From Escherichia coli (GTDB taxonomy: Bacteria; Pseudomonadota; Gammaproteobacteria; Enterobacterales; Enterobacteriaceae), in the NCBI RefSeq assembly GCF_003334785.1, contig NZ_QOWV01000001.1: DNA of 64,000 bases; one strand, 5' to 3'. The number at the start of each line of letters is the position of its first letter. Within the stretch, counting starts at the first letter, position 1. Made by a program: the position numbers and the translations under genes. This document shows, piece by piece, positions 1 to 11,835 of this stretch. A model generated the notes under the pieces. The model saw only the letters and a list, made by a program, of their open reading frames with translations, made no database searches and had not been told where the DNA came from.

Positions 1-621
1 CAAATGTCGCTCACCACCGCTTTCCATGAAAACTTTGGTGAAGGCGAACGCTGTGATTTAGACACGACTTACCGTTTTAACAGTCGTATCGGTGAGGTGG
101 CAAACCGGTTTATTCAGCAGAACCCAGGCCAGCTGAAAAAGCCGCTAAACAGCTTAACCAATGGAGACAAAAAAGCCGTCACGTTATTGGATGAGAGTCA
201 ACTTGACGCTTTGCTGGATAAGCTCTCTGGTTATGCCAAACCGGAAGAGCGCATTCTGATCCTGGCGCGTTACCATCACATGAGGCCTGCCAGCCTGGAA
301 AAAGCGGCAACACGCTGGCCGAAGTTGCAAATCGACTTTATGACCATTCATGCCAGCAAAGGGCAACAGGCGGATTACGTCATCATCGTTGGCTTGCAGG
401 AGGGAAGTGATGGTTTTCCGGCTGCGGCGCGGGAGTCGATTATGGAAGAGGCGCTACTGCCACCGGTTGAGGATTTCCCGGACGCTGAAGAACGGCGGTT
501 AATGTACGTGGCGCTGACCCGGGCACGCCATCGGGTATGGGCACTGTTTAACAAAGAGAATCCCTCTCCCTTTGTGGAAATACTGAAAAATCTGGATGTG
601 CCGGTGGCGAGAAAACCGTAA
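1..621 (+). CDS. helD: DNA helicase IV, C-terminal fragment (5' end outside window)
   Basis: The frame is open from base 1 to TAA at 619-621. The tail ...RRLMYVALTRARHRVWALFNKENPSPFVEILKNLDVPVARKP carries the SF1 helicase motif VI (VALTRAR) and matches my recall of the HelD C-terminus. Confidence 0.9.
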   Translation, partial: QMSLTTAFHENFGEGERCDLDTTYRFNSRIGEVANRFIQQNPGQLKKPLNSLTNGDKKAVTLLDESQLDALLDKLSGYAKPEERILILARYHHMRPASLEKAATRWPKLQIDFMTIHASKGQQADYVIIVGLQEGSDGFPAAARESIMEEALLPPVEDFPDAEERRLMYVALTRARHRVWALFNKENPSPFVEILKNLDVPVARKP

Positions 622-624
622 GAA

Positions 625-646
625 ACAGGTGGCGTTTGCCACCTGT
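625..646. terminator. Stem-loop between convergent helD and mgsA (possible bidirectional terminator)
   Basis: acaggtggc-gttt-gccacctgt gives a perfect 9-bp stem, placed directly between the two stop codons. Confidence 0.5.
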
Positions 647-652
647 GCAATA

Positions 653-1111
653 TTACTTCAGACGGTCCGCGAGATAACGCTGATAATCGGGGATCAGAAT
701 ATCGACCGCGTCGTTGAAATGCGGCGACTGGATTATGAAGTCTGCCGTTGCCACGTTGGTGGCGACCGGAATGTTCCATACCGTCGCCAGACGCAGCAAG
801 GCTTTCACGTCAGGATCGTGCGGCACGGCATTTAGTGGATCCCAGAAGAAAATCAATACATCAATTTTCCCTTCTGAGATCAATGCGCCAACCTGCTGGT
901 CACCCCCCATTGGGCCACTCAACATCGCGTTGACGTTCATGCCGGTCGCGCGGGAAATTAAGTTACCGGTAGTGCCTGTTGCATACAGTACGTGTTGTTC
1001 CAGTAACGGTTGATGCCGTTCCACCCAGCTCATCAGCATTTGTTTGCAGTGATCGTGTGCCACCAGCGCAATATGTTTCCGCGCAGGTAAAGTGCGAGTC
1101 GTCAGTTCCAT
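653..1111 (-). CDS. mgsA: Methylglyoxal synthase (152 aa)
   Basis: The sequence [24 protein letters not shown]...[11 protein letters not shown] matches my recall of MgsA. I chose the fourth Met of the track ORF as the start. Confidence 0.93.
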
Positions 1112-1206
1112 AATGTACATCCGTAGTTAACTTTCCTACAGATTACTGTAAGCACTTATCGCTGCAAGATAAAGACCGAAAAAGCCTGCGCACAGGCACA
1201 AAAATC

Positions 1207-1869
1207 TCAGGAAGATGGTTGTTTTTCCGCCCACTGCAGGAAAGTATTTCGCGTTTGTGGGTCAGCCAGTTTAAACCAATACTTCAGCCGTTGTTCTGTG
1301 AGCACCTGAGACTGCGGTGGAATAGCATCCAGCTCGGAAACACCCGAAAGCAGCGTACTGTCATCTGCCATCATCGTGGCAAATTGCGGTAGTGAAGCGC
1401 GTTTCGCGGATTTGTTATAGCGTTCAACCTCGACCTCATAATCAATCGTTTTTGCCGTTGAGGTAATGGCGAGAATATCCAGCTTTACCGGAATCGGCGT
1501 CGCATCGCCATCCAACAATTCAAGGCGCGGCGCGGCATCAAAATGGTTAGCTTCCCGCTCATTCTCCAGGCGAGGCAGGCGAAAATTGACCTGGTTGATG
1601 AGCTGGGTATTAAAACTGACCACCAGCGGTGGGGAGATATACAGCCGTTCTTCACTATTGGAAAGATGAATCGTCTTCTCAACGCGAAACACTAACTGAT
1701 GCGGTCCATTATCCAGTTCAATGCTGTCCGCACCGCGCAGCAGAGAGCTGGAAACCTTCTTGCCGTCGAGTACCAGAAGATCGACATCGGTTGAAAGCCG
1801 CAGCGTGGTGGCAAAAACGGATACCGGCAAACATAATGCAATCAAGGTGGTCACGATGCCGGTTTTCAT
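1207..1869 (-). CDS. yccT: Periplasmic DUF2057-family protein YccT (also named CsgI), 220 aa
   Basis: Full-length ORF with an N-terminal signal peptide ([20 protein letters not shown]). Gene order and length fit K-12 yccT. Confidence 0.88.
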
Positions 1870-2041
1870 AGGTAGCTCCTGTCAAAAGACCGCCCGAATA
1901 ATAATGTGTCAAAATTTTTCTTTAATCATACTTACTAACATATAGACATATTTCCCGCTTTTGCTCTCATTCATTCGTATTAGCTGCATGGTTGGCATGT
2001 CGGCTTTGTCGTACACTTTGTTAAACAGTCTGGAGGAAATA

Positions 2042-2455
2042 ATGAAAGAAACCGATATTGCAGGCATTTTAACGTCCACTCACACCATTGCGCTGGTGGG
2101 GGCAAGCGACAAACCCGATCGTCCCAGCTATCGCGTGATGAAATATCTACTCGACCAGGGGTATCACGTCATTCCGGTTTCGCCAAAAGTTGCCGGCAAA
2201 ACGCTGCTGGGCCAGAAGGGGTATGGCACGCTGGCAGACGTTCCGGAAAAAGTCGATATGGTCGATGTTTTCCGTAATTCAGAAGCGGCGTGGGGCGTGG
2301 CACAGGAAGCTATTGCCATTGGCGCGAAAACCCTCTGGATGCAACTGGGGGTGATTAATGAGCAAGCGGCAGTACTGGCACGGGATGCCGGGTTAAATGT
2401 GGTGATGGATCGCTGCCCGGCTATTGAGATCCCTCGCCTGGGCCTGGCCAAATAA
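2042..2455 (+). CDS. yccU: CoA-binding domain protein YccU (137 aa)
   Basis: [30 protein letters not shown]... shows a Rossmann-type CoA-binding signature. ATG at 2042 was chosen inside the longer track ORF. Confidence 0.88.
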   Translation: MKETDIAGILTSTHTIALVGASDKPDRPSYRVMKYLLDQGYHVIPVSPKVAGKTLLGQKGYGTLADVPEKVDMVDVFRNSEAAWGVAQEAIAIGAKTLWMQLGVINEQAAVLARDAGLNVVMDRCPAIEIPRLGLAK

Positions 2456-2458
2456 AAA

Positions 2459-2488
2459 ATCCCCGGAAGGCAAAAACCTTCCGGGGAT
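2459..2488. terminator. Bidirectional rho-independent terminator between yccU and hspQ
   Basis: atccccggaagg-caaaaa-ccttccggggat gives a 12-bp perfect stem, with an A-run on the left and a T-run on the right. Confidence 0.65.
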
Positions 2489-2499
2489 TTGTTCAGGGA

Positions 2500-2874
<375 letters not shown>

Positions 2875-4065
2875 TTACATGACGCGACAGGCAAACCCTT
2901 TCAGATATAGCCCTTCCGGATAGGTAGCGATCACCGGATGATCGGCTGCCTGACGGAACTGCTCTATAAATTGTACATCACGACCGGCATCAATTGCGGC
3001 ATCCGCGATGATTTTCTGAAATAAATCGCTGGTCATCAGACCGGAACAGGAGAAAGTCAGGAGAATACCGCCTTCATTCAGCAGCTGAATCGCCAGCATG
3101 TTGATGTCTTTATAACCACGACACGCGCCCATCAACTGGCTTTTATTCTCAACAAACTTCGGCGGGTCCATCACGATAACGTCAAATTTTTCACCGCGAT
3201 CGCGATAAGTACGCAGCAATTTAAAGACATCATCACGGACAAACTCAGCCTTGCTCAGATCCAGTTTGTTCAGCTCAACGTTCTGCCGTGCAATATCCAG
3301 CGCTTCCTGGGAGGTATCAACGCTGACAACCTGGCTGCAACCGCCCATCAGTGCCGATACGGCGAAACCACCGGTATAGGAGAAACAGTTCAGCACACGT
3401 TTATTTTCAACGTAGCGGCGGGTAGCCAGGCGGCTATCACGCTGGTCCAGGTAGTAGCCCGTTTTGTGTCCGTGCTGAATATCCACCAGCAGTTTCATTC
3501 CGTGTTCTTCAATCGGCAGCAGGGCAGGTGGCAACTCGCCGGTGACGGGGCCCTGGGTCAGCTCCATTCCTTCTTTTTTACGTACCGCGACGTCGCTGCG
3601 ATCGTAAATCGAACATTCCGGGTACAGCGTTTGCAGGGCACTAATTAATGCCGCGCGCTGATATTCTGCCCCAGCACTCAGCAGTTGCAGCACCAGAAAA
3701 TTACCGAAACGATCGATAGTAATACCCGGCAGGCCATCAGATTCTCCGGCGATTAAACGATAGCTGTCGAGGCCATCTTTTTGCGCCAGCCAGTCACGCC
3801 ATTTTTGTGCTTGTTGCAAACGGCGGGAAAAAAAAGCAATGTCGATAGACTCAGACGGGTCAAACGTCCAGACGCGCGCCCGGATTTGCGAAGCTGGCGA
3901 ATAAGCGCCGCGTGCTAACCATTTTCCCTGATGATCAACAATATCGATGGTTTCACCGAGGCTGGCTTTACCTTCCATGCGGGCAACGGCCCCGGAAAAG
4001 ACCCACGGATGGCGACGAAGTAATGATTTTTCGCGCCCTTTGGCTAACACTAAACGTACACTCAT
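2875..4065 (-). CDS. rlmI: 23S rRNA m5C1962 methyltransferase RlmI (396 aa)
   Basis: Full-length ORF with a PUA-like N-terminus and a SAM-MTase core ([21 protein letters not shown]). Confidence 0.92.
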
Positions 4066-4159
4066 AATTTACTTTTCTGTCGATGCAAAGAAATGGGCGT
4101 CATTGTCCGGAGTTTTCCATGGATTTGCAACGCGTCCATTAAGGATAAGGAGAGCAGCA

Positions 4160-4438
4160 ATGTCGAAAGTCTGCATAATTGCCTGGGTTTACGGGCGAGT
4201 TCAGGGCGTAGGATTTCGCTACACCACACAGTACGAAGCGAAAAGACTGGGTTTAACCGGGTACGCCAAAAATCTTGACGATGGCAGCGTGGAAGTGGTT
4301 GCTTGCGGTGAAGAAGGGCAGGTGGAAAAATTAATGCAGTGGTTAAAGAGTGGCGGCCCGCGTTCTGCGCGTGTAGAACGGGTGCTCAGCGAGCCGCATC
4401 ATCCCTCGGGGGAATTAACCGATTTTCGTATCCGTTAA
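4160..4438 (+). CDS. yccX: Acylphosphatase (92 aa)
   Basis: [24 protein letters not shown]... carries the acylphosphatase signature (V.G.VQGVGFR). An AGGAGA Shine-Dalgarno lies upstream of ATG 4160. Confidence 0.9.
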
Positions 4439-4764
4439 ATACATTTTACCGGTTTTGGCAGGCCAGCAATTTTGGTGGCTTGCTTAGCCGGACCTTTCGG
4501 AAACAGTCGGTATAAATAGCGGCTGTTACCTTTTTCTTCGCCAAATTTATTCGCCATCGCTTTTACCAGCATACGAATCGCCGGAGAAGTATTGAATTCC
4601 AGATAGAAATCACGCACAAAACGCACCACTTCCCAGTGTTCCGGTGACAGCGAAATCCCTTCGTTCTCTGCAATCACCACAGCCAGCGGCTCACTCCACT
4701 GGCTGCTTTCTTTGAGATAGCCTTCGGTATCCGTTTCTATCTCTTTACCTTCGAAGATCAGCAT
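4435..4764 (-). CDS. tusE: Sulfur-relay protein TusE (DsrC family, 109 aa)
   Basis: [17 protein letters not shown]...GLPKPVKCI includes the conserved C-terminal Cys. The gene overlaps the yccX stop codon by 4 nt in convergent orientation. Confidence 0.9.
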
Positions 4765-4800
4765 AATTATTACTACCTTAATCAGACTGGCGGCAGTGTA

Positions 4801-4832
4801 ACAAAAAACAAAGCCCCGCATAAAGCGAGGCT
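4801..4832 (-). terminator. Rho-independent terminator of yccA
   Basis: On the minus strand, agcctcgc-tttat-gcggggct (8-bp stem, one mismatch) is followed by tttgttttttgt. Confidence 0.5.
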
Positions 4833-4854
4833 ATGAAAGTGTTAGCGGGTGAGA

Positions 4855-5514
4855 TTAATCGCGGCTAGCGAAGCCCAGAATGCTCAGCAGGCTGACGAAG
4901 ATGTTGTACAGCGAAACATACAGGCTAACCGTGGCACGAATATAGTTCGTCTCACCGCCATGAATGATGTTGCTGGTTTCAAACAAGATAGCGCCAGAGG
5001 AGATCAGAATGAAGACCGCGCTGATCGCCAGATGCAGAGCAGGCAGCTGCAGGAAGATATTCGCAACCATACCAATCAGCACCACCACAATACCCGCCAT
5101 CAGCATACCGCCGAGGAACGACATATCTTTGCGGGTGGTCAGCACATATGCAGAGCAGCAGAAGAACACTAACGCCGTTCCGCCCAGTGCCATAGCGATT
5201 ACGTCACCCATTCCGGCAGACAGATAGGTGTTCAGAATAGGTCCGAGGATATAACCCAGAAAACCGGTAAAGGCGAATGCGGAGATAATCCCGGTCGGCT
5301 TATTCGCCGTTTTATAGGTCAGGAACATCAAACCATACATACCCACCAGCGTCAGAATCAGACCCGGAGATGGCAGCATCAGCACCGTACTGGCAGTTGC
5401 GGTAATCGCCGAAAAGGCCAGCGTCAGGCTCAGCAGAAAATAGGTATTACGCAGCACCTTATGGGTGCTAAGCAGTGATGTACGGTCATGTGAAGAACTA
5501 ACAATACGATCCAT
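4855..5514 (-). CDS. yccA: BI-1/YccA-family inner-membrane protein, FtsH modulator (219 aa)
   Basis: Full-length ORF encoding a hydrophobic protein with 7 predicted TM segments. It matches my recall of YccA. Confidence 0.92.
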   Translation of the reverse strand: MDRIVSSSHDRTSLLSTHKVLRNTYFLLSLTLAFSAITATASTVLMLPSPGLILTLVGMYGLMFLTYKTANKPTGIISAFAFTGFLGYILGPILNTYLSAGMGDVIAMALGGTALVFFCCSAYVLTTRKDMSFLGGMLMAGIVVVLIGMVANIFLQLPALHLAISAVFILISSGAILFETSNIIHGGETNYIRATVSLYVSLYNIFVSLLSILGFASRD

Positions 5515-5682
5515 TGAGTCACTCTCTATGACAGATGTAATTAATTAAGCAGCATAATGATAATGCGTAAGGGCACCCAGAAGTTTTACCCATCTTTACG
5601 CATTTGATCTGGAACAGGTTTAACAGCGGATTATCAGGTCATTAAGCAAATATAACGCCCTGAGAATTTCGACAGGCAAAAG

Positions 5683-5710
5683 AAAAAGGGGTTAGCATTT
5701 AGCTAACCCC
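5683..5710 (-). terminator. Rho-independent terminator of serT
   Basis: On the minus strand, ggggttagc-loop-gctaacccc is followed by ttttt, immediately 3' of the tRNA CCA end. Confidence 0.6.
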
Positions 5711-5720
5711 TTATCTTATT

Positions 5721-5808
5721 TGGCGGAAGCGCAGAGATTCGAACTCTGGAACCCTTTCGGGTCGCCGGTTTTCAAGACCGGTGCCTTCAACCGCTCGGCC
5801 ACACTTCC
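5721..5808 (-). tRNA. serT: tRNA-Ser (anticodon UGA), 88 nt with encoded CCA
   Basis: The reverse complement reads GGAAGTGTGGCCGAGCGGTTGAAGGCACCGGTCTTGAAAACCGGCGACCCGAAAGGGTTCCAGAGTTCGAATCTCTGCGCTTCCGCCA. It has a long variable arm (class II), a T-loop GGTTCGAATC-like element and anticodon loop CT-TGA-AA. Confidence 0.95.
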
Positions 5809-6234
5809 GGAATGACGCGCACTATAAACATCCCGATGCGGCGTGTAAACCCCTAATTTGTTTGTTTGCCTGAAAAACAGCCAAAAGTGCATTGATAGCG
5901 TGAAATAACAGCAGATTGATCATTTCATCACCATGAATTCCTTCTCTTTTACTCGTTTAGCAACCGGCTAAACATCCCCACCGCCCGGCCAAAAGAAAAA
6001 TAGGTCCATTTTTATCGCTAAAAGATAAATCCACACAGTTTGTATTGTTTTGTGCAAAAGTTTCACTACGCTTTATTAACAATACTTTCTGGCGACGTGC
6101 GCCAGTGCAGAAGGATGAGCTTTCGTTTTCAGCATCTCACGTGAAGCGATGGTTTGCCTTGCTACAGGGACGTCGCTTGCCGACCATAAGCGCCCGGTGT
6201 CCTGCCGGTGTCGCAAGGAGGAGAGACGTGCGAT

Positions 6235-7353
6235 ATGAATAACGAGGAAACATTTTACCAGGCCATGCGGCGTCAGGGCGTTACCCGGCGCAGCTTTCTC
6301 AAATATTGTAGTCTGGCTGCCACGTCGCTGGGATTAGGCGCGGGAATGGCACCAAAGATTGCCTGGGCGCTGGAGAACAAACCGCGCATTCCGGTGGTAT
6401 GGATCCACGGTCTGGAATGCACCTGCTGTACCGAATCTTTTATCCGCTCCGCTCACCCACTGGCGAAGGACGTCATCCTTTCCCTGATTTCCCTCGATTA
6501 CGACGATACTTTGATGGCTGCCGCCGGAACCCAGGCGGAAGAAGTCTTTGAAGACATCATCACGCAATACAATGGCAAATATATCCTCGCAGTAGAAGGT
6601 AATCCGCCGCTGGGCGAGCAGGGGATGTTCTGTATCAGCAGCGGTCGACCGTTTATTGAGAAACTCAAACGTGCCGCTGCCGGAGCCAGCGCGATTATCG
6701 CCTGGGGAACCTGCGCGTCCTGGGGCTGCGTGCAGGCCGCGCGACCCAATCCGACGCAGGCAACGCCTATCGACAAAGTCATCACCGACAAACCCATTAT
6801 CAAAGTACCTGGCTGCCCGCCGATCCCGGATGTGATGAGCGCCATCATTACTTACATGGTGACCTTTGATCGCTTGCCAGATGTCGACAGAATGGGCCGT
6901 CCGCTGATGTTCTATGGTCAGCGAATCCACGATAAATGCTATCGCCGCGCCCACTTCGACGCCGGAGAGTTCGTCCAGAGTTGGGATGATGACGCTGCCC
7001 GCAAAGGTTACTGCCTGTACAAAATGGGCTGCAAAGGGCCTACCACCTATAACGCCTGTTCCTCCACACGCTGGAATGATGGCGTTTCTTTCCCAATCCA
7101 GTCTGGTCACGGCTGCCTGGGCTGTGCGGAAAATGGTTTCTGGGATCGCGGTTCGTTCTACAGCCGCGTGGTCGATATTCCGCAAATGGGTACTCATTCC
7201 ACCGCCGATACCGTCGGTTTAACCGCGCTTGGCGTGGTGGCAGCGGCTGTTGGTGTGCACGCAGTCGCCAGCGCCGTTGACCAGCGCAGACGTCATAACC
7301 AGCAACCTACAGAAACCGAACATCAGCCAGGCAATGAGGATAAACAGGCATGA
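6235..7353 (+). CDS. hyaA: [NiFe] hydrogenase-1 small subunit (372 aa)
   Basis: Twin-arginine signal ([14 protein letters not shown]), Fe-S cluster cysteines and a C-terminal TM anchor. ATG 6235 was chosen inside the track ORF. Confidence 0.93.
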   Translation: MNNEETFYQAMRRQGVTRRSFLKYCSLAATSLGLGAGMAPKIAWALENKPRIPVVWIHGLECTCCTESFIRSAHPLAKDVILSLISLDYDDTLMAAAGTQAEEVFEDIITQYNGKYILAVEGNPPLGEQGMFCISSGRPFIEKLKRAAAGASAIIAWGTCASWGCVQAARPNPTQATPIDKVITDKPIIKVPGCPPIPDVMSAIITYMVTFDRLPDVDRMGRPLMFYGQRIHDKCYRRAHFDAGEFVQSWDDDAARKGYCLYKMGCKGPTTYNACSSTRWNDGVSFPIQSGHGCLGCAENGFWDRGSFYSRVVDIPQMGTHSTADTVGLTALGVVAAAVGVHAVASAVDQRRRHNQQPTETEHQPGNEDKQA

Positions 7354-9143
7354 GCACTCAGTACGAAACTCAGGGATACACCATCAATAATGCCGGACGC
7401 CGCCTGGTGGTCGACCCGATTACGCGCATCGAAGGCCACATGCGCTGCGAAGTGAATATTAACGATCAGAATGTGATCACCAATGCCGTCTCCTGCGGCA
7501 CCATGTTTCGCGGGCTGGAGATCATCCTACAAGGGCGCGACCCGCGCGATGCGTGGGCGTTCGTTGAACGTATCTGCGGCGTCTGTACTGGCGTACACGC
7601 CCTGGCTTCGGTTTACGCCATCGAAGATGCTATCGGTATTAAAGTGCCGGACAACGCCAATATCATCCGCAACATTATGCTGGCAACGCTCTGGTGCCAC
7701 GATCATCTGGTGCACTTCTATCAGCTTGCCGGGATGGACTGGATCGATGTGTTAGATGCGCTGAAAGCCGACCCGCGGAAAACCTCCGAACTGGCGCAAA
7801 GTCTCTCCTCTTGGCCGAAATCATCCCCTGGCTATTTCTTCGACGTACAAAACCGCCTGAAAAAATTTGTTGAAGGCGGGCAGTTGGGGATCTTCCGCAA
7901 TGGCTACTGGGGGCACCCGCAGTACAAACTGCCGCCAGAAGCTAACCTGATGGGCTTTGCCCACTATCTCGAAGCTCTCGATTTCCAGCGTGAAATTGTC
8001 AAAATCCACGCGGTCTTTGGCGGTAAAAACCCGCATCCAAACTGGATTGTCGGCGGGATGCCTTGCGCCATCAACATTGACGAAAGCGGCGCGGTCGGGG
8101 CAGTCAATATGGAACGCCTGAACCTGGTGCAGTCAATTATCACCCGCACGGCGGACTTCATTAACAACGTGATGATCCCCGACGCCTTAGCCATCGGTCA
8201 GTTCAACAAACCGTGGAGCGAAATCGGCACTGGTCTTTCTGATAAATGCGTTCTCAGCTACGGCGCATTCCCGGATATTGCCAACGACTTTGGCGAGAAA
8301 AGTCTGCTGATGCCTGGCGGCGCGGTGATTAACGGCGACTTCAACAATGTGCTGCCAGTGGATTTGGTTGATCCGCAGCAGGTGCAGGAGTTTGTCGACC
8401 ACGCCTGGTATCGATATCCCAACGATCAGGTCGGGCGTCATCCGTTCGATGGCATCACCGACCCGTGGTACAACCCCGGCGATGTCAAAGGCAGCGATAC
8501 CAACATTCAGCAGCTGAATGAACAGGAACGCTACTCGTGGATCAAAGCGCCACGCTGGCGCGGTAACGCGATGGAAGTGGGGCCGCTGGCGCGCACGTTA
8601 ATCGCTTATCACAAAGGCGATGCTGCGACCGTTGAGTCGGTCGATCGCATGATGTCGGCGTTGAACCTGCCGCTTTCCGGTATCCAGTCAACGTTAGGCC
8701 GCATTTTGTGCCGCGCGCACGAAGCGCAGTGGGCCGCAGGTAAGTTGCAGTATTTCTTCGACAAGCTGATGACCAACCTGAAAAACGGCAATCTCGCCAC
8801 TGCTTCCACGGAAAAATGGGAACCTGCAACCTGGCCGACAGAGTGCCGTGGTGTCGGTTTTACCGAAGCGCCGCGCGGGGCGTTAGGCCACTGGGCCGCC
8901 ATTCGCGATGGCAAGATTGATCTCTACCAGTGCGTGGTGCCGACCACCTGGAACGCCAGCCCGCGCGATCCCAAAGGGCAGATTGGCGCTTATGAAGCGG
9001 CGCTGATGAACACCAAAATGGCGATCCCCGAGCAACCGCTGGAGATCCTGCGTACTCTGCACAGCTTTGACCCGTGCCTCGCCTGTTCAACACACGTGCT
9101 GGGTGACGACGGTAGCGAGCTGATCTCCGTGCAGGTGCGTTAA
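7350..9143 (+). CDS. hyaB: [NiFe] hydrogenase-1 large subunit (597 aa)
   Basis: N-terminal [10 protein letters not shown] and C-terminal DPCLACSTH metal-ligand motifs. ATGA overlap with hyaA. Confidence 0.95.
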   Translation: MSTQYETQGYTINNAGRRLVVDPITRIEGHMRCEVNINDQNVITNAVSCGTMFRGLEIILQGRDPRDAWAFVERICGVCTGVHALASVYAIEDAIGIKVPDNANIIRNIMLATLWCHDHLVHFYQLAGMDWIDVLDALKADPRKTSELAQSLSSWPKSSPGYFFDVQNRLKKFVEGGQLGIFRNGYWGHPQYKLPPEANLMGFAHYLEALDFQREIVKIHAVFGGKNPHPNWIVGGMPCAINIDESGAVGAVNMERLNLVQSIITRTADFINNVMIPDALAIGQFNKPWSEIGTGLSDKCVLSYGAFPDIANDFGEKSLLMPGGAVINGDFNNVLPVDLVDPQQVQEFVDHAWYRYPNDQVGRHPFDGITDPWYNPGDVKGSDTNIQQLNEQERYSWIKAPRWRGNAMEVGPLARTLIAYHKGDAATVESVDRMMSALNLPLSGIQSTLGRILCRAHEAQWAAGKLQYFFDKLMTNLKNGNLATASTEKWEPATWPTECRGVGFTEAPRGALGHWAAIRDGKIDLYQCVVPTTWNASPRDPKGQIGAYEAALMNTKMAIPEQPLEILRTLHSFDPCLACSTHVLGDDGSELISVQVR

Positions 9144-9161
9144 CAGCGAAGGAGAATCATC

Positions 9162-9869
9162 ATGCAACAGAAAAGCGACAACGTTGTCAGCCACTATGTC
9201 TTTGAAGCGCCAGTGCGCATCTGGCACTGGTTGACGGTGTTATGCATGGCGGTGTTGATGGTCACCGGATACTTTATCGGCAAGCCGCTACCTTCCGTCA
9301 GCGGCGAGGCGACGTATCTGTTCTATATGGGCTACATCAGGTTAATTCACTTCAGCGCCGGGATGGTTTTTACCGTGGTTTTGCTGATGCGGATCTACTG
9401 GGCTTTTGTTGGCAATCGATACTCCCGCGAGCTGTTTATCGTGCCGGTATGGCGTAAAAGCTGGTGGCAGGGCGTGTGGTATGAAATCCGCTGGTATCTG
9501 TTTCTGGCAAAACGTCCGAGTGCCGATATAGGCCATAATCCCATCGCCCAGGCGGCGATGTTCGGCTATTTCCTGATGTCGGTCTTTATGATCATCACTG
9601 GTTTTGCGCTGTACAGCGAACACAGCCAGTACGCTATTTTTGCGCCGTTCCGTTATGTGGTGGAATTTTTCTACTGGACGGGTGGCAACTCAATGGACAT
9701 TCACAGCTGGCATCGGCTGGGGATGTGGCTGATTGGCGCGTTTGTGATCGGTCATGTCTACATGGCGCTGCGTGAAGACATCATGTCCGACGACACGGTG
9801 ATCTCCACCATGGTCAACGGCTACCGTAGCCACAAATTTGGCAAAATAAGTAACAAGGAGCGTTCATGA
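9162..9869 (+). CDS. hyaC: Hydrogenase-1 b-type cytochrome subunit (235 aa)
   Basis: Four hydrophobic helices with conserved His residues. Its position is as in the hya operon. Confidence 0.92.
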
Positions 9870-10453
9870 GCGAGCAACGCGTGGTGGTCATGGGGCTGGG
9901 CAACCTGCTGTGGGCCGATGAAGGCTTCGGCGTGCGGGTGGCGGAACGGCTGTATGCCCATTACCACTGGCCCGAGTATGTGGAGATTGTCGATGGCGGT
10001 ACTCAGGGACTGAACTTGCTGGGGTATGTCGAAAGCGCCAGCCATCTGTTGATTCTCGATGCCATTGACTACGGGCTGGAACCTGGAACGCTGCGAACCT
10101 ATGCCGGAGAACGCATTCCGGCTTATCTCAGCGCGAAGAAAATGAGCCTGCATCAGAACAGTTTCTCCGAAGTGTTGGCGCTGGCGGATATCCGCGGACA
10201 TCTGCCAGCACATATTGCCCTCGTCGGTCTGCAACCCGCAATGCTCGACGACTACGGCGGTAGCCTGAGCGAACTGGCACGGGAGCAACTGCCCGCTGCG
10301 GAACAGGCGGCGCTGGCGCAGCTTGCTGCGTGGGGAATTGTGCCGCAACCGGCTAATGAATCGCGCTGTCTCAATTATGACTGTCTGTCGATGGAAAATT
10401 ACGAAGGCGTTCGCTTGCGCCAGTACCGGATGACACAGGAGGAGCAGGGATGA
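9866..10453 (+). CDS. hyaD: Hydrogenase-1 maturation endopeptidase (195 aa)
   Basis: [17 protein letters not shown] is an HybD/HyaD-family N-terminus. ATGA overlap with hyaC. Confidence 0.92.
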
Positions 10454-10848
10454 GCAACGACACGCCATTTGATGCGTTGTGGCAACGAATGCTGGCGCGC
10501 GGCTGGACGCCAGTCAGTGAATCCCGTCTTGACGACTGGCTTACGCAAGCGCCAGACGGCGTGGTGTTATTAAGCAGTGACCCGAAACGCACGCCAGAGG
10601 TCAGCGATAATCCGGTAATGATTGGCGAATTACTGCGCGAGTTTCCCGACTATACATGGCAGGTGGCGATTGCTGACCTTGAGCAGAGCGAAGCCATCGG
10701 CGATCGCTTTGGCGTCTTTCGCTTTCCTGCCACTTTAGTGTTTACCGGCGGAAACTATCGCGGCGTGCTGAATGGTATTCACCCGTGGGCGGAACTGATA
10801 AACCTGATGCGCGGGCTTGTCGAACCGCAGCAGGAGCGTGCCTCATGA
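10450..10848 (+). CDS. hyaE: Hydrogenase-1 operon protein HyaE (thioredoxin-like chaperone, 132 aa)
   Basis: ATGA overlap with hyaD. Sequence and position match my recall of hyaE. Confidence 0.9.
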
Positions 10849-11702
10849 GCGAAACTTTTTTCCATCTGCTGGGGCCAGGAACGCAACCGAACGATGACAG
10901 TTTCAGCATGAATCCACTGCCGATCACCTGTCAGGTGAATGATGAACCGAGTATGGCGGCCCTGGAGCAATGTGCTCACAGCCCGCAGGTGATTGCGCTG
11001 TTAAACGAGTTACAACATCAACTAAGCGAACGCCAACCGCCGTTGGGCGAGGTGCTGGCAGTCGATCTGTTAAATCTCAACGCCGACGATCGTCACTTTA
11101 TCAATACGCTTCTCGGGGAAGGGGAAGTGTCAGTGCGCATTCAGCAGGCTGACGACAGTGAAAGTGAAATACAGGAGGCGATCTTCTGCGGATTATGGCG
11201 GGTGCGCAGACGTCGCGGCGAAAAGTTGCTGGAGGACAAACTGGAGGCTGGCTGCGCGCCGCTGGCGTTGTGGCAGGCGGCAACGCAAAATCTCTTGCCG
11301 ACAGATTCGCTGTTACCGCCGCCCATTGATGGCCTGATGAATGGCCTACCGTTGGCGCATGAGTTACTGGCACATGTACGTAACCCCGACGCGCAGCCGC
11401 ACAGCATTAATCTGACGCAATTACCCATCAGCGAGGCTGATCGGCTTTTTCTCTCACGTCTCTGTGGGCCGGGAAATATTCAGATTCGTACCATTGGCTA
11501 TGGCGAGAGCTATATCAACGCCACGGGGTTACGCCATGTCTGGCATTTACGCTGTACGGACACCTTAAAAGGCCCGTTACTGGAAAGTTATGAAATCTGC
11601 CCAATACCGGAAGTGGTGCTGGCAGCGCCAGAAGATTTGGTCGACTCTGCGCAGCGGCTTAGCGAGGTATGTCAGTGGCTGGCGGAAGCTGCACCGACGT
11701 AA
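10845..11702 (+). CDS. hyaF: Hydrogenase-1 operon protein HyaF (285 aa)
   Basis: [18 protein letters not shown]... begins at an ATGA overlap with hyaE. The track ORF starts 60 nt upstream inside hyaE. Confidence 0.9.
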   Translation: MSETFFHLLGPGTQPNDDSFSMNPLPITCQVNDEPSMAALEQCAHSPQVIALLNELQHQLSERQPPLGEVLAVDLLNLNADDRHFINTLLGEGEVSVRIQQADDSESEIQEAIFCGLWRVRRRRGEKLLEDKLEAGCAPLALWQAATQNLLPTDSLLPPPIDGLMNGLPLAHELLAHVRNPDAQPHSINLTQLPISEADRLFLSRLCGPGNIQIRTIGYGESYINATGLRHVWHLRCTDTLKGPLLESYEICPIPEVVLAAPEDLVDSAQRLSEVCQWLAEAAPT

Positions 11703-11835
11703 AAAGACGGTAAGTATCGCTTTCAGTCTTATGAATATCGCAATCGGCGAATACCTCTGGTCGTAGAGTTTCAGGATAAAGAGGGAGATCTACCATTATC
11801 GGGTTATTTTTCTCTCTTCGCCTACAGGAGTGCGC

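Noticed and set aside
1961-2041. N-terminal extensions of track ORFs relative to my calls: yccU, hspQ, yccX, tusE, hyaA, hyaF, appA, gfcE, gfcA, torC, torD, cbpM, agp, ymdF, rutG, rutF, rutD, rutR, putA, efeU.
   Set aside because: The extensions lack Shine-Dalgarno sequences, often run into the upstream gene or promoter, and the shorter forms match the protein N-termini I recall. The track reports the longest ATG/GTG-to-stop ORF.
5721-6234. serT tRNA-Ser as a possible genomic-island integration site.
   Set aside because: No integrase, no direct repeat of the tRNA 3' end and no foreign-looking genes follow it. The next gene is core hyaA.
6334-7197. A 287-aa ORF antisense to hyaA. Similar long antisense or shadow ORFs occur at 9821-10468 (vs hyaD/hyaE), 15021-15512 (vs appA), 31943-32665, 32668-33309 and 33334-34047 (vs torC/torA), 36228-36797 (vs cbpA), 46500-47000 (vs rutA), and several inside putA and etk.
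   Set aside because: Each lies entirely within a well-supported gene on the opposite strand. The translations are Arg/Ala/Gly/Pro-rich low-information sequence with no motifs or Shine-Dalgarno. Such stop-free antisense frames are expected in GC-rich, codon-biased genes.
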